Shown: positions 1 through 9,318, counted from the first letter of the stretch. The stretch: 64,000 nt of DNA from a virus (IMGVR_UViG_3300043313_001192:89598-153597), one strand, 5' to 3'. The notes: generated by a model not told the origin, from the letters alone. Program-made: numbers and translations.

Positions 1-2622
1 AGTACCACCCGTGCCACCGGTAGCTCCGTCGGAGATCTTGGCCACGGTCAAGGTGTCGGCCACACCCGCGGCGTTCGCCATCCGCACCGAGATGGTCTTG
101 GCCGTCATCGTGGCACCGGTGACGGTGACGACGTTGCCGGTTCTGGAGACACCTGGAGGGACAGTCGCTGAGTACGCCGCCCCGTCCACGCCGTAGGTCC
201 AGTCGGTGATCGTCGTGTTGACCGCGACACCGGTCAAGGTCGCCGTCGCCGGGGTGGTGATACTCCCGCTGGCGGGCACAGCCAGGACCTGTGAGGTAGC
301 CGTCAGGGTGACCGTGGCCGCATCCGAGCCAGGTGGACCTTGGATCAGAGACCACTCGTAGTCGGTGGTGACGGTGGACTCCACCGTGGTGCTCTTGTTG
401 TACGCGATGCCCATGTAGCTCTTGCCCACGGGAGAGTCGCTCATCCCGGCGCCCAGGACGCTGGTCGCGTACTTGATCCAGGTGTAGGTGGGCTGGCCAT
501 CGGCTCCAGCCGGTCCTGGCACACCAGCAGAACCCGTAGGACCTGTGGTCAGCGTCCAGTCGTAGTCGGTGTAGACGCTCGACTCAGAGGGGCTGGTCTT
601 GTTGTACGCCAGACCCAGGTACGCCTTGCCCGCAGGTAGATCACTCATTCCTGTGCTGGGCGTGTCTGCGTACTTCACCCAGGTGTAGAGCTGCTGGCCG
701 TTAGGCCCCACCGGACCTGCAACACCCTGAGGCCCAGATGGACCCGGAGGGCCTTGCACACCCTGCGGTCCCTGGATCAGCGACCACTCATAGTCGGTAG
801 GCACACTGGACTCAGCAGCAGTGGTCTTGTTGTAGGCGATGCCGATGTAGGTCTTGCCCGCAGGAAGGTCGCTCAGACCGGCACCAGCAGCACTGTCGCC
901 GTACTTGATCCAGGTGTACATCGGTTGGCCGTTGGGGCCAGTAGGGCCTTGGACACCCGTGTTGCCCTGCGGTCCTTGGATCAAGGACCAGTCATAGTCG
1001 GTGTAGATGCTGCTCTCGGTGGAGCTGGTCTTGTTGTACGCCAGACCCATGTAGGTCTTACCGGCCGGGAAGTCGCTCATCCCGGTAGACGGGGTGTCGG
1101 CGTACTTCAGCCAGGTGTACAGCGTCTGGCCGGTGGGACCGGTAGGTCCCAGGATTCCCTGCGATCCGGTGGCGCCGGTCAGGCTCAGCGACCAGGAGAA
1201 CGTCTTGGTGAAGGACTTGCCATCTGCGGTCACGGGCACATTCAGCGTGCCGTTGATGGTCGTCAGCGCAGTCGTGACGTTGACCGTGAACCCCGCAGTG
1301 GTCGTCGCGTTGTTGGTCAGCGCGGTGGTGAGACCTGCGACCTGGCCGGTGATCGCCCCGATCGTGGCAGGGATCTGGGTGCCACCCTTGTAGGCGATCA
1401 CCTGACTGGCAACGCTGGCCGCCACAGCAGCCGTGGTGGTTCCTGCGAAGACCTGGGCCTCGTTGGTGAGCAGGATGGTGTAGGCGTCGGCACCTGCCGG
1501 TCCTTGGTCACCCGTGCCGCCGGTCGCACCATCGGAGATCTTCGCGACGGTCAGCGTGTCGGAGATGCCAGCAGCATTGGCTGCTCTCACCGAGATGGTC
1601 TTGGCCGTCATCACCGAGCCGGTGATGGTGACGACGTTGCCAGTCCTGGAGACACCTGGAGGGACAGTGGTGGTGAAGGCTGCTCCGTCCACACCGTAGG
1701 TCCAGTCGGTGATCGTGGTGCTGATCGCTTCGCCGGTGATCGTCGACGTGACTGGGTTCGTGGTACTGCCGCCAGGAGGCACAGCCAGCACCTGCGAGGT
1801 GGCTGTCAACGTGACGATGGCTGCGTCGGCTCCAGGTGGGCCTTGGAACAAGCTCCACTCATAGTCCGAGGCGTCGTCGCTCTCGGCGTAGGTGCTCTTG
1901 TTGTAGGCGATGCCGATGTAGGTCTTGCCGGTGGGGTCATCGCTCAGACCCGTTCCAGTATCGCTGTCGGCGTACTTGATCCAGGTGTACGTCGGCTGGC
2001 CGTCAGGACCTGTCGGGCCGGGCACACCGGGCTGCCCGGAGGGGCCGGGCGTGCCACGGAGCGGACCGACGTTCGTCCAGCTGGCGCCGGTCCAGACCAC
2101 GCCGTCGCCGGGGACGGGCGGACCCTTCGTAGACGCGGGGACCCAGCCGGGCACCGGCGTGCTGACGATCCACGTCTGACCCGGTGCCGGGTTCGACGGG
2201 GCTGTGTCCGGGGTCGGGCCGACGATGCTGATCCCCACACCCGACGGTCCGGTGGGTCCGAACCCACCTGGGTTGCCCGACGGTCCTGCAGGGCCAGTGG
2301 CACCCGTGGGTCCGGTCGCTCCGCGCTGACCGCTCAAGCCAGGTACACCTGGAGCACCCTGCAAGCCGGTGGGGCCGAGCGGGCCAGGAAGGCCGACCCG
2401 CCCGGTCGGTCCGGTCGGACCGAGAGCACCTGGCGTGCCCTCTGGACCAGTGGGACCACGAACTCCAGGTGGCCCTTCGGTGGTCGGGATGACCAGGTCG
2501 ATCTTGGCGCCGTCCTCGGGGATCAGGTCGATCATGACCCGTGGCTCGTCGGAGACGACATCCAGCTCGATGTCCCCGATGGCACTGGGCACCGTCACCC
2601 TGCTGGCACCGTCGACGGTCAT
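1..2622 (-). CDS. collagen-like tandem-repeat fibre protein (3' end beyond window start)
   Basis: Minus-strand frame is open from the ATG at 2620-2622 (ATGA overlap with the upstream stop) to position 1. It translates to Gly-X-Y runs (GPPGVRGPTGPEGTPGALGPTG...; GPQGVQGPPGPSGPQGVAGPVGPNG) alternating with five ~70-aa repeats (YTWIKYA..GMSD.P.GK.Y.GIAYNK...ES...TDYEWSLIQGP) and a ~170-aa module (TLTATSQVLAVP..TITDWTYGVDGAA..TVPPGVSRTGNVVT..TAKTISVR.ANAAG..DTLTVAKISDGATGGTG) that occurs twice ~1.5 kb apart. It is absent from the ORF track because the stop lies outside the window. Confidence 0.6.
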   Translation of the reverse strand, partial: MTVDGASRVTVPSAIGDIELDVVSDEPRVMIDLIPEDGAKIDLVIPTTEGPPGVRGPTGPEGTPGALGPTGPTGRVGLPGPLGPTGLQGAPGVPGLSGQRGATGPTGATGPAGPSGNPGGFGPTGPSGVGISIVGPTPDTAPSNPAPGQTWIVSTPVPGWVPASTKGPPVPGDGVVWTGASWTNVGPLRGTPGPSGQPGVPGPTGPDGQPTYTWIKYADSDTGTGLSDDPTGKTYIGIAYNKSTYAESDDASDYEWSLFQGPPGADAAIVTLTATSQVLAVPPGGSTTNPVTSTITGEAISTTITDWTYGVDGAAFTTTVPPGVSRTGNVVTITGSVMTAKTISVRAANAAGISDTLTVAKISDGATGGTGDQGPAGADAYTILLTNEAQVFAGTTTAAVAASVASQVIAYKGGTQIPATIGAITGQVAGLTTALTNNATTTAGFTVNVTTALTTINGTLNVPVTADGKSFTKTFSWSLSLTGATGSQGILGPTGPTGQTLYTWLKYADTPSTGMSDFPAGKTYMGLAYNKTSSTESSIYTDYDWSLIQGPQGNTGVQGPTGPNGQPMYTWIKYGDSAAGAGLSDLPAGKTYIGIAYNKTTAAESSVPTDYEWSLIQGPQGVQGPPGPSGPQGVAGPVGPNGQQLYTWVKYADTPSTGMSDLPAGKAYLGLAYNKTSPSESSVYTDYDWTLTTGPTGSAGVPGPAGADGQPTYTWIKYATSVLGAGMSDSPVGKSYMGIAYNKSTTVESTVTTDYEWSLIQGPPGSDAATVTLTATSQVLAVPASGSITTPATATLTGVAVNTTITDWTYGVDGAAYSATVPPGVSRTGNVVTVTGATMTAKTISVRMANAAGVADTLTVAKISDGATGGTGGT

Positions 2623-3011
2623 GGCGAACCAGAGTTGGTCACGTCGAGGACGCAGAGCACGTCACCCTTGGCCACGGTGCGGACGTCACCGTTGGGGAAG
2701 GTCATCTCCAGGTCCCAGATCCCCTTGAACTCCGACCCGGTGCCCAGGTCGGGCAGCTTGGCAGTCTCGGTCGGTGGCAGGGTGAGGATCACCGCGCTGG
2801 TGGCGTAGAGAGGATCAGGATCGGGCGCGGAGATGAAAGTGGCCGCCACCGTGCGGTCGGAGAGCGTGGCGATCTCGGCCTGGAACTCGTAGTCGGTCAG
2901 GGGCAGCGCTCCAGCGTCCTCCGGGTCGACCACCCGGACCCGGATCCGGAAGGTGTCTCCGGCCACGAAGGAGATGTCGACCACATCAGGGAGCTGACTC
3001 AGGGTTGCCAT
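2619..3011 (-). CDS. hypothetical protein (130 aa)
   Basis: ORF MATLSQLPDVVDISFVAGDTF...; normal composition; the stop overlaps the next start (ATGA). Confidence 0.55.
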   Translation of the reverse strand: MATLSQLPDVVDISFVAGDTFRIRVRVVDPEDAGALPLTDYEFQAEIATLSDRTVAATFISAPDPDPLYATSAVILTLPPTETAKLPDLGTGSEFKGIWDLEMTFPNGDVRTVAKGDVLCVLDVTNSGSP

Positions 3012-3026
3012 TTCGTCACGTCCTTC

Positions 3027-4190
3027 TCATCGCCACACGGCGGGTGTTTCGGGGAAGCTGTAGTTCCACCTGACCCACAGCTTCAGTTGCCAGTCAGCGT
3101 CGGGACTGGTGCCCGCCGAGGCTCTGGCGGAACGAAGGACGCAGTAGCCGTTGTGGCCGGTGGTGTTGTTGCCCGAGGCGGTGCCGTTGTAGATCAGCAT
3201 CCCGGTGTGGGCCGGTGCAGGCTTGAGCCATTCGGTGGCCCAGGTCTCCAGCTTGGAGATGTCCACCTCGTCCTTGGCTTTGCCGATGGCCGGTGCCGTG
3301 AACGTGGTTCCCGCTGCTGCCCCACCTACGATGCCGGGGCCTGCAGTCGAGCTGAAGTTGATCTTGCAGGGGTAGACGTGGACGGTCACGGTGGCCGCGC
3401 CACCACCCTTGCGGACGATCTGGTCGATCTTGGCGTCGGTCACCACGACCTTGCTGAGCAGGGTGGTGAGTTCGGCAGGAGTCAGGTCGGGGTTCAGCGC
3501 ATCGAGCCTGTCGGAAAGCTGACGACGAGCAGTCGAGTAGGAGACGACACCGCGGCCGTTCAATCCGGAGGTGCGGTAGTACCCCTGGATGACGTCTGGT
3601 CCGTGGCTCTTGGCTCCCCAGTGGTAGCTGCTGGTCCAGGTGTCGGTCTGGGCGGCGTCGATCAGGTACAGATCGGACTTCCCTGTCGTGCCGTAGCTGG
3701 GATTCTTCTTGGGCAACGGTGGGTGCCCGGTGTACAGCGTGATCGCGTTGGACGGGGTCTGGCTGATGATCTCGGTGTTGTCCACTGCAGTGCGCTTGGC
3801 CTGGACCGTGAAGGTGTACTCGGTGCCTGGATCCAGGCCGGTGACGTCCCAGAAGTTCTGCGCGGTCCACTCATTCTCGTTGGGCTTGTAGAACGTGGTC
3901 CCGAACGCGTCCGCGCCCGCCTTCTTGGGCTTGACCATGACCCGGTAGTGGGTGGCCTGTGCAGGCGGGTCCCAGGCGATCGTGCAGCTGGCGTGGTCCT
4001 GCTTGACACCGCGCAGGTTGGTCGGCGGTCGCTGGTAGCGGTCGTGGGCCACCTTCAAGACCATGTCGGCCTGGCCAGGCACCTTCTGCCACGTCTGGGC
4101 CAGGAGTACTTCTCTCCAGGCCCCTTGCTTGAAGGTGTAGATCTTGTTGACGGGCTTCACCAGTCCGGCCGTGATGACGTAGATCACCAT
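3027..4190 (-). CDS. fibronectin-III-like domain protein, possible fibre/minor tail-associated
   Basis: 387 aa; FN3-like segment (WDPPAQATHYRVMVKPKK...TEYTFTVQAKR); lies directly upstream of the collagen-like gene. Confidence 0.5.
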   Translation of the reverse strand: MVIYVITAGLVKPVNKIYTFKQGAWREVLLAQTWQKVPGQADMVLKVAHDRYQRPPTNLRGVKQDHASCTIAWDPPAQATHYRVMVKPKKAGADAFGTTFYKPNENEWTAQNFWDVTGLDPGTEYTFTVQAKRTAVDNTEIISQTPSNAITLYTGHPPLPKKNPSYGTTGKSDLYLIDAAQTDTWTSSYHWGAKSHGPDVIQGYYRTSGLNGRGVVSYSTARRQLSDRLDALNPDLTPAELTTLLSKVVVTDAKIDQIVRKGGGAATVTVHVYPCKINFSSTAGPGIVGGAAAGTTFTAPAIGKAKDEVDISKLETWATEWLKPAPAHTGMLIYNGTASGNNTTGHNGYCVLRSARASAGTSPDADWQLKLWVRWNYSFPETPAVWR

Positions 4191-4199
4191 CAGCGCGGC

Positions 4200-4472
4200 C
4201 TAGAGGGGAGCGATCATGAAGACGATGTCGTTCTCAACCCTGCCCGCAGCTGACGGCGGCGTGGTGCCCTGCACGATCTGGATGTTGCGCTGGTAGTTGC
4301 CGATGACGTCAGCCGGTGCTGGTGCCGCCTTGTCTGACTTGTCCAACTTCTGGTTGAGCGCGGCGGTGAGCGTGTCGGCCAGCGCGACGAAGTCGCTGGG
4401 CACGTCGGCCACATCGCCAGCGACGGGGACGTGCAGCTTGTAGGCGCCGCGCTCATGAGCAGTGTCAACCAT
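4200..4472 (-). CDS. hypothetical protein (90 aa)
   Basis: ORF MVDTAHERGAYKLHVPVAGDVADVPSDFVALADTLTAALNQ...; compact spacing to the neighbouring genes. Confidence 0.45.
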   Translation of the reverse strand: MVDTAHERGAYKLHVPVAGDVADVPSDFVALADTLTAALNQKLDKSDKAAPAPADVIGNYQRNIQIVQGTTPPSAAGRVENDIVFMIAPL

Positions 4473-4528
4473 GCGGGTGCCTCCGTACGAGTGCAGAGTT
4501 GGGTTTACTCAAACACAGAGTAGCCGCT

Positions 4529-4747
4529 TCAACGGTCGAGCACGCACTCCAAGACGTCTTGGGCCGAGGTGTTCGAGCAGTCACCGAGGGCACCGCACAG
4601 CGCCGTGGTCAATGCGGCTAAATCCAGCACAGTCTGGTTGAGTTCCTGCGTCGAGGACGAGCTGAGCATCTTGGTCATCGCGTCGTTGATCAGCGGGTCG
4701 TCAACCTCGGTGATGCCGGTGAGAATGCCATGGCCGAGGGGTGTCAT
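4529..4747 (-). CDS. hypothetical protein (72 aa)
   Basis: ORF MTPLGHGILTGITEVDDPLINDAMTKML... Confidence 0.35.
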   Translation of the reverse strand: MTPLGHGILTGITEVDDPLINDAMTKMLSSSSTQELNQTVLDLAALTTALCGALGDCSNTSAQDVLECVLDR

Positions 4748-4758
4748 TAGAAACAGTC

Positions 4759-5067
4759 TCAGGCACCGTTGCTCACCCTGGCAAGCGTGACCTGCAGAAC
4801 GTCGACGACGGCGTCACCGGTTCCGGCCGCGATTCCGTCCGAGTCACAAATCACCACAGTGCGGTCCTCGGTGACCCCAATCCAGCCCCACTTCAGGTGG
4901 GCGTCCTCCGCGGCCTGGAAGGGCGCGGCGTTGGTGGCGAACCAGCCGGTCTCACGCAGTGCGAAAGCCAGGGTCTCCCGGTCGTTGATCCAGCCGGGGT
5001 GGGCCAGCATCAGCGCGTCGGGCTCGTCCCCCAGCTCGATCTCGTCCCACTCGCCACGCCGCAGCAT
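4759..5067 (-). CDS. hypothetical protein (102 aa)
   Basis: ORF MLRRGEWDEIELGDEPDALMLAHPGWINDRETLAFALRETGWF... Confidence 0.45.
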   Translation of the reverse strand: MLRRGEWDEIELGDEPDALMLAHPGWINDRETLAFALRETGWFATNAAPFQAAEDAHLKWGWIGVTEDRTVVICDSDGIAAGTGDAVVDVLQVTLARVSNGA

Positions 5068-5074
5068 GGCCCCA

Positions 5075-5350
5075 TCATGTCCGCCGCCAGAAGCTGGGCT
5101 GACCGGGACGCCACGCGTCCCGCTCGACCAGCCCTCGGCGTTCGAGGCTGCGCAACGCCCGCTGGGTGCTCTTGCGCTCCTCGCGGCTGGCGTGCGTCTT
5201 GCGGATCGCGTTGCGCGAGCGGTGGCCGTAGACGACGTCGGCGATCACCGCGGTACTGACGGCAGTTACCTGCCCGTTCTCGCGCCCGGCGGGCTCGCGC
5301 TCCAGGTAGACCAGCACCAGGCGCTGCACCCGGCCCGGCCCACGGCTCAT
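5075..5350 (-). CDS. small basic protein, possible winged-helix DNA binding
   Basis: 91 aa; ...RKSTQRALRSLERRGLVERDAWRPGQ resembles a wHTH recognition region. Confidence 0.4.
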   Translation of the reverse strand: MSRGPGRVQRLVLVYLEREPAGRENGQVTAVSTAVIADVVYGHRSRNAIRKTHASREERKSTQRALRSLERRGLVERDAWRPGQPSFWRRT

Positions 5351-5689
5351 TCTGATGACCTTCCGTTGACGAAACGCCCGGTAAGCGTGGCCAGTTGGCG
5401 ATCACGACGGCCGCAACCCACGGCGCTTATCGGGCCGCTCGGAGCGTTTCGACAGCCGAACATCAGCAGCTCACGCTGTTTCGTCACTCGGGCGGCTCGA
5501 ACGCGCCGGGCCAGCGGGCGACCATCCGGACGTCCTCGAAGTCGCGCGCGGACAGGTGCTGCGGTGTCTCGTGCTGCCACTGGGCCAGCTGGCAGTGCAG
5601 GTCGATCGCGGACATCGGACCCATCTGCACGTGACGTGTCGAGCCGCACCGCCGGTTGGCCGGGTCGTGGGGGTCAGGGGGTCGGGTGG

Positions 5690-5914
5690 TCACTCGGTCA
5701 CCTTCCGCACGCTGATCTCGATCTCGAACTGCTCCTCCACGACGTCCAGGTTGCGGGTGCCCTGCACCTCGACCACCATGCAGTTCTCGCCGTGCTCGGT
5801 CTGGACCACCCGGTACTGACGATTGTCGCTCATCGTCATCGGGCCGCGGAACCACTCCTCCAAGGTCGCCATCGCGTCATAGGCGATGTCCTGCTCACTG
5901 ATCTGGTGATCCAT
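5690..5914 (-). CDS. hypothetical protein (74 aa)
   Basis: ORF MDHQISEQDIAYDAMATLEEWFRGPMTMSDNRQYRVVQTEHGENCMVVEVQG... Confidence 0.45.
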   Translation of the reverse strand: MDHQISEQDIAYDAMATLEEWFRGPMTMSDNRQYRVVQTEHGENCMVVEVQGTRNLDVVEEQFEIEISVRKVTE

Positions 5915-6221
5915 CGACGACCTCCCCCTGCACGGTGTCCGGGCTCTGGGAGTGCGCCAACCGGGACATGTACTCCCGGACGCCGGTCACGTGCTCGATC
6001 GGGACCTGCGCGCGCCACTTCACGGTGACCTCGGGGCGGGTCTTGTGGAAGGAGTAGCGCAGCTCGTCGGTGACGATCTCGATCCCCATGGTGGCGTTCA
6101 GGTCGCTGAGGATGTTGGCGATGAACTCGTCGGCCTTGACACGGGCGACCCGGATCGCCTGTTCGCCCGAGGCGCGCAGCCGGACCTCGATCCGGCCCTC
6201 GTCGGAGACCTGCCAGATCAT
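5895..6221 (-). CDS. hypothetical protein (108 aa)
   Basis: ORF MIWQVSDEGRIEVRLRASGEQAIRVARVKADEFIANILSDLNATMGIEIVTDELRY... Confidence 0.45.
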   Translation of the reverse strand: MIWQVSDEGRIEVRLRASGEQAIRVARVKADEFIANILSDLNATMGIEIVTDELRYSFHKTRPEVTVKWRAQVPIEHVTGVREYMSRLAHSQSPDTVQGEVVDGSPDQ

Positions 6222-6652
6222 GATGCCTGTTGCTGCTTCTTCACCTGGTTGAGCTTGCGGCTGCCCAGCGCCCGACGGAGCTGCTCATGCCGCAGGATCT
6301 CGCGCGGGTGTTCGGCCAGACCCATCTCGCTCATCAGGTAGCCCTCGGGATAGCGGTACTGCGCACCGAGGACTTCGAGCCGGTAGATGCCCCATCGGTC
6401 GGACCGCAACAGGAACCGGTCCTTGCGTTCGGTCTCGCAGTTCTCGCACTCGAAGTGTCGTTCGACCAGATCCCCGGTTTCGAGCTTCTCGGTGAGGTGC
6501 AGGTCAATACTGACCGCCCACCGGTGCTGGATCCCTCGGCATTGCAAGTAGGTGTCGGAGTAGCTCTCCAACGCCGCTACGAGGGAGTGGCTGGGGTCCG
6601 CGTTCCGTGCTGCAGCAGGCATGAATCCGTCGCTCTCGTCTTTAGTGGTCAT
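6218..6652 (-). CDS. hypothetical protein (144 aa)
   Basis: ORF MTTKDESDGFMPAAARNADPSHSLVAALESYSDTYLQCRGIQHRWAVSIDLHLTEK...; ATGA overlap with the downstream gene. Confidence 0.5.
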   Translation of the reverse strand: MTTKDESDGFMPAAARNADPSHSLVAALESYSDTYLQCRGIQHRWAVSIDLHLTEKLETGDLVERHFECENCETERKDRFLLRSDRWGIYRLEVLGAQYRYPEGYLMSEMGLAEHPREILRHEQLRRALGSRKLNQVKKQQQAS

Positions 6653-6685
6653 TGTGACTTTGCCACCTTACACACCAACCTTGGT

Positions 6686-6838
6686 TTAGGTCCGGTCCTT
6701 CAAGGAAAGAATGGCCCAGGTCACAGCGCTTAGTCCAAAGGCCAGCACCAAAGCCTGCTCCCTCAGCAAAGCAGCAGTCATCGCCAGCACCGTCAACACG
6801 CCCGCCAGGACTGCTGCCCAGGACACTCGCCGAAGCAC
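6686..6838 (-). CDS. small two-TM membrane peptide (~50 aa, GTG start; or 31 aa from ATG 6781)
   Basis: Hand translation of the 6653-6847 gap: VLRRVSWAAVLAGVLTVLAMTAALLREQALVLAFGLSAVTWAILSLKDRT*, in frame 12 nt after the upstream stop. Below the ORF-track length cutoff. Confidence 0.3.
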   Translation of the reverse strand: MLRRVSWAAVLAGVLTVLAMTAALLREQALVLAFGLSAVTWAILSLKDRT

Positions 6839-6847
6839 CTGCGCGGC

Positions 6848-7087
6848 CTAGGCCGCGCTCGTCGCGCCGGTCAGCTCGTCGGTGACTTTGCGGTCGAACT
6901 CGATCCGCGCGATGCACATGGTCTGGGACCCGTCGTCGTCGCGCGGCTCCTCGTAGAACTCGATGTGCGTGGACCACGGCAACGTCGCTGTCGGGTCCTC
7001 GACCAGGATCCGCCACCGCTCGGTCGCGGTCATGATCGCCTCATTGATCGTCATCGCTGTGAACTCCAGCTTCACTCCACCGGTCAT
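6848..7087 (-). CDS. hypothetical protein (79 aa)
   Basis: ORF MTGGVKLEFTAMTINEAIMTATERWRILVEDPTATLPWSTHIEFYEEPRDDDGS... Confidence 0.4.
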   Translation of the reverse strand: MTGGVKLEFTAMTINEAIMTATERWRILVEDPTATLPWSTHIEFYEEPRDDDGSQTMCIARIEFDRKVTDELTGATSAA

Positions 7088-7578
7088 TGCGTCACTCCTC
7101 GTTTCGTCGTTCGGATCGGTACTTGTCGCTCCAGCTTGTCTACCGGGTGGCGCACTCCCATGCCCATCCCGCTGCCCCGCACGTTCTCATAGGCGACCAC
7201 CACTCCGCCACGCAGCGCGGCCACTCGGCCGACCAGGCCGTTGTGTGCGGCCATCGACCCCTCGTAGGCGTCGACCCGGACCCGGACCCGATCGCCCTGG
7301 ATCAGTGACCGGGGCAGGATCGGCGCCCAGGTGTGCGTGCGCGCCGCCCGTTTCTCCTCGCTCCAGAACTCTTCGGTCAGCGGCTTGCCCAGCAGCAGCT
7401 GGGCGATGATCGGCATCGCCGCCACGGTGCGCTCGTAGTCGGCCTCGCCGTAGGGGATCAGCGTCTCGTAGACCTTGCGGGTCAGGTGGGCAGCGTTGCT
7501 GTCCTCGTAGCCCGCTTCCTTGAGCTGTGCACGCGCCCAAGCGAGTCCGCCAGGACCGAAGAGAGGGTGTCGCTGTTC
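7084..7578 (-). CDS. hypothetical protein (~165 aa, start uncertain, probably GTG)
   Basis: The C-terminal two thirds of ORF 7084..7923 read as protein (AGYEDSNAAHLTRKVYETLIPYGEADYERTVAAMPIIAQLLLGKPLTEEFWSEEKRAARTHTW...). The N-terminal ~110 codons are Arg/Pro-rich run-on that overlaps the 340-aa gene. Confidence 0.4.
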   Translation of the reverse strand, partial: EQRHPLFGPGGLAWARAQLKEAGYEDSNAAHLTRKVYETLIPYGEADYERTVAAMPIIAQLLLGKPLTEEFWSEEKRAARTHTWAPILPRSLIQGDRVRVRVDAYEGSMAAHNGLVGRVAALRGGVVVAYENVRGSGMGMGVRHPVDKLERQVPIRTTKRGVTQ

Positions 7579-8504
7579 CACATGGTCTCCTTGAGGTGAG
7601 CGGCCTGAGCGGCTGCCAGGTCGTGGTGCACGAGATCGCCGAGCCACTCCACGTCGTCGGGAGTCAGATAGTAGGGGCTGGTGACGCCCATCGCCCGGCC
7701 TTCGTCGGTGCCGCAGAGGTACACCGTGCGGGCGTGAGCGACGTACAGCGGCGTCGGGGTCCACCAGCCCGGCATCCGCTCGATCGCGCCCTGGTGGACG
7801 CCTCTGGCCACGCTGTAGACCTTCGCCGGGTTGGCCATGGTGGTGGAGTCGATCGGGATCACCGGCCAGTTCACCCGGTCGGGGTCCAGCTGCTCGGGTG
7901 AGTAGTGCCGGTCGGTCAGCCACAGCATCGCCGGTTGGGGCGGGTAGACCAGCTCGGGCAGCTCGATCGCCGAGGACACGTCCACCGGCACCACCTCGCT
8001 GACGATGCTGATCCGCTTGGCGGCGATCGCCGGGCTGGCCCAGGGGTGCAGCGGCATCAGCACCGGTGGCCAGACCTCCTCGCTGAGCACGGTGAGCGCG
8101 GCGGTGATGTGGGTGCGCTGCTTCTTGGTGAGGTTGCGCGACTGCTTGACCCGCTTGCTCATCAGGTACGGCGAGTAGAGCCGGTCCAGCTCGCGCAGTG
8201 CGCTCTGCGCCGCGGCGCGGGTCTTGTTCAGGTCCGGGTCGTCGACGAAGAGCAGCAGCGGTGTCTCCTCCAGCAGTGCTCGCCCGATCGTCTCCAGGCC
8301 GACCAGGGCGTAGGTCGCGCCCGGAGACAGGGCGGAGGTCACACCACCGATGATGAGGTCGGCGCTGTCAGGCTCGTCCGGGCCGCGATAGACCTCGTGG
8401 TTCATCGCGACCAGTGCCCGCTCCAGCGTGCGCGCGAACGTGACTAGCTCGCGCGCACGCTGGGACACCATCCGAGGACTCATCCCGGTGATGTGGATCC
8501 TCAC
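7482..8504 (-). CDS. hypothetical protein (340 aa)
   Basis: ORF MRIHITGMSPRMVSQRARELVTFARTLERALVAMNHEVYRGPDEPDSADLIIGG...; normal composition. Confidence 0.5.
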   Translation of the reverse strand: MRIHITGMSPRMVSQRARELVTFARTLERALVAMNHEVYRGPDEPDSADLIIGGVTSALSPGATYALVGLETIGRALLEETPLLLFVDDPDLNKTRAAAQSALRELDRLYSPYLMSKRVKQSRNLTKKQRTHITAALTVLSEEVWPPVLMPLHPWASPAIAAKRISIVSEVVPVDVSSAIELPELVYPPQPAMLWLTDRHYSPEQLDPDRVNWPVIPIDSTTMANPAKVYSVARGVHQGAIERMPGWWTPTPLYVAHARTVYLCGTDEGRAMGVTSPYYLTPDDVEWLGDLVHHDLAAAQAAHLKETMWNSDTLSSVLADSLGRVHSSRKRATRTATLPT

Positions 8505-8516
8505 ATTCCTGCCTTC

Positions 8517-9302
8517 CTAGAAGGGCGGCGGTTCCGTGGAGCCGGTCTTGCGCTCCTCGACCACCCACTGGTCCGCCCCGCCACCGGCCGGGGCCGCAGC
8601 AGGCTGCAGCTCCTGGGCCGGTGGCGGTGCCGCGGCTCCGTTGGTCTCCGGCGCAGACTGCGGGGGTGCTTGCGCGGGAGGTGGAGCCTGAGCAGCCGGT
8701 GCTTCCTGCTGTGCCGGAGGCTGCGGGGGCGCTGCCGGTGCTGCAGGAGGCGGAGGTGCTGAGGAGGACGGCGGTGCAGGCGGTGGCGTCGAAGACGGCG
8801 GAGCCGAGGACTGCGGCGGAGGTGGCGGACCACCCGGCGCCGAGGCACCCATCCCAGGAGGAGGCGGGCCACCAGGGGCACCACCACCGGCCCCGAGCGG
8901 GTTCCACTGCTTGATGTTGTTCCGCGGCACGCCCTGCCACTCGCGGATGGTGACCTTGGCCCGGAACTGCCGACCCATCAGGGCGTCGGCGATCTGCTGG
9001 TTCGTGGGCTTGGTCTTGAAGAACTCACCGGTCAGGCCAGCTGCAGCCATCTGCCGGAAGAACACGTTCAGCGCGTCGGGGTTGTCCATCGTCAGCGTCT
9101 GCTGCGTCCAGACCTTGCGCCCCGCGTGCGGCCCGTTCATGACTTCGGTCGTGATCTTCCACATCGGCTTGTCCGTGCTGGACTTGGTCGCCTCCGTCTC
9201 GATGATCTTGACGTCGTAGTCGCTCTGGGGGATCGGTGCGAAGTCGCTGCCTTCGGCAGCGTCCATCAGATCGTCCCAGGGGATGTCGGCCATGCTTTTC
9301 AC
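8517..9302 (-). CDS. putative ssDNA-binding protein with Pro/Ala-rich linker
   Basis: 261 aa; N-terminal globular region, then a ~110-aa P/A/Q-rich low-complexity linker and a short C-terminal tail (...EPPPF). Sits next to the Sak4-like ATPase, as SSBs do in phage recombination modules. Confidence 0.4.
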   Translation of the reverse strand: MKSMADIPWDDLMDAAEGSDFAPIPQSDYDVKIIETEATKSSTDKPMWKITTEVMNGPHAGRKVWTQQTLTMDNPDALNVFFRQMAAAGLTGEFFKTKPTNQQIADALMGRQFRAKVTIREWQGVPRNNIKQWNPLGAGGGAPGGPPPPGMGASAPGGPPPPPQSSAPPSSTPPPAPPSSSAPPPPAAPAAPPQPPAQQEAPAAQAPPPAQAPPQSAPETNGAAAPPPAQELQPAAAPAGGGADQWVVEERKTGSTEPPPF

Positions 9303-9318
9303 CTTCCTTTCGTGGGGC

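Noticed and set aside
11-1699. Two ~80% identical plus-strand 61-aa ORFs (11..196 and 1514..1699), at first suggestive of a duplicated small gene
   Set aside because: They are antisense shadows of the duplicated ~170-aa module within the minus-strand fibre gene.
754-2808. 684-aa plus-strand ORF, plus ORFs 340..639, 1094..1393, 1925..2179, 2369..2728 and 2541..4253
   Set aside because: Arg/Gly/Val-rich antisense read-through of the minus-strand collagen-like and downstream genes; the minus frame gives a coherent repeat protein.
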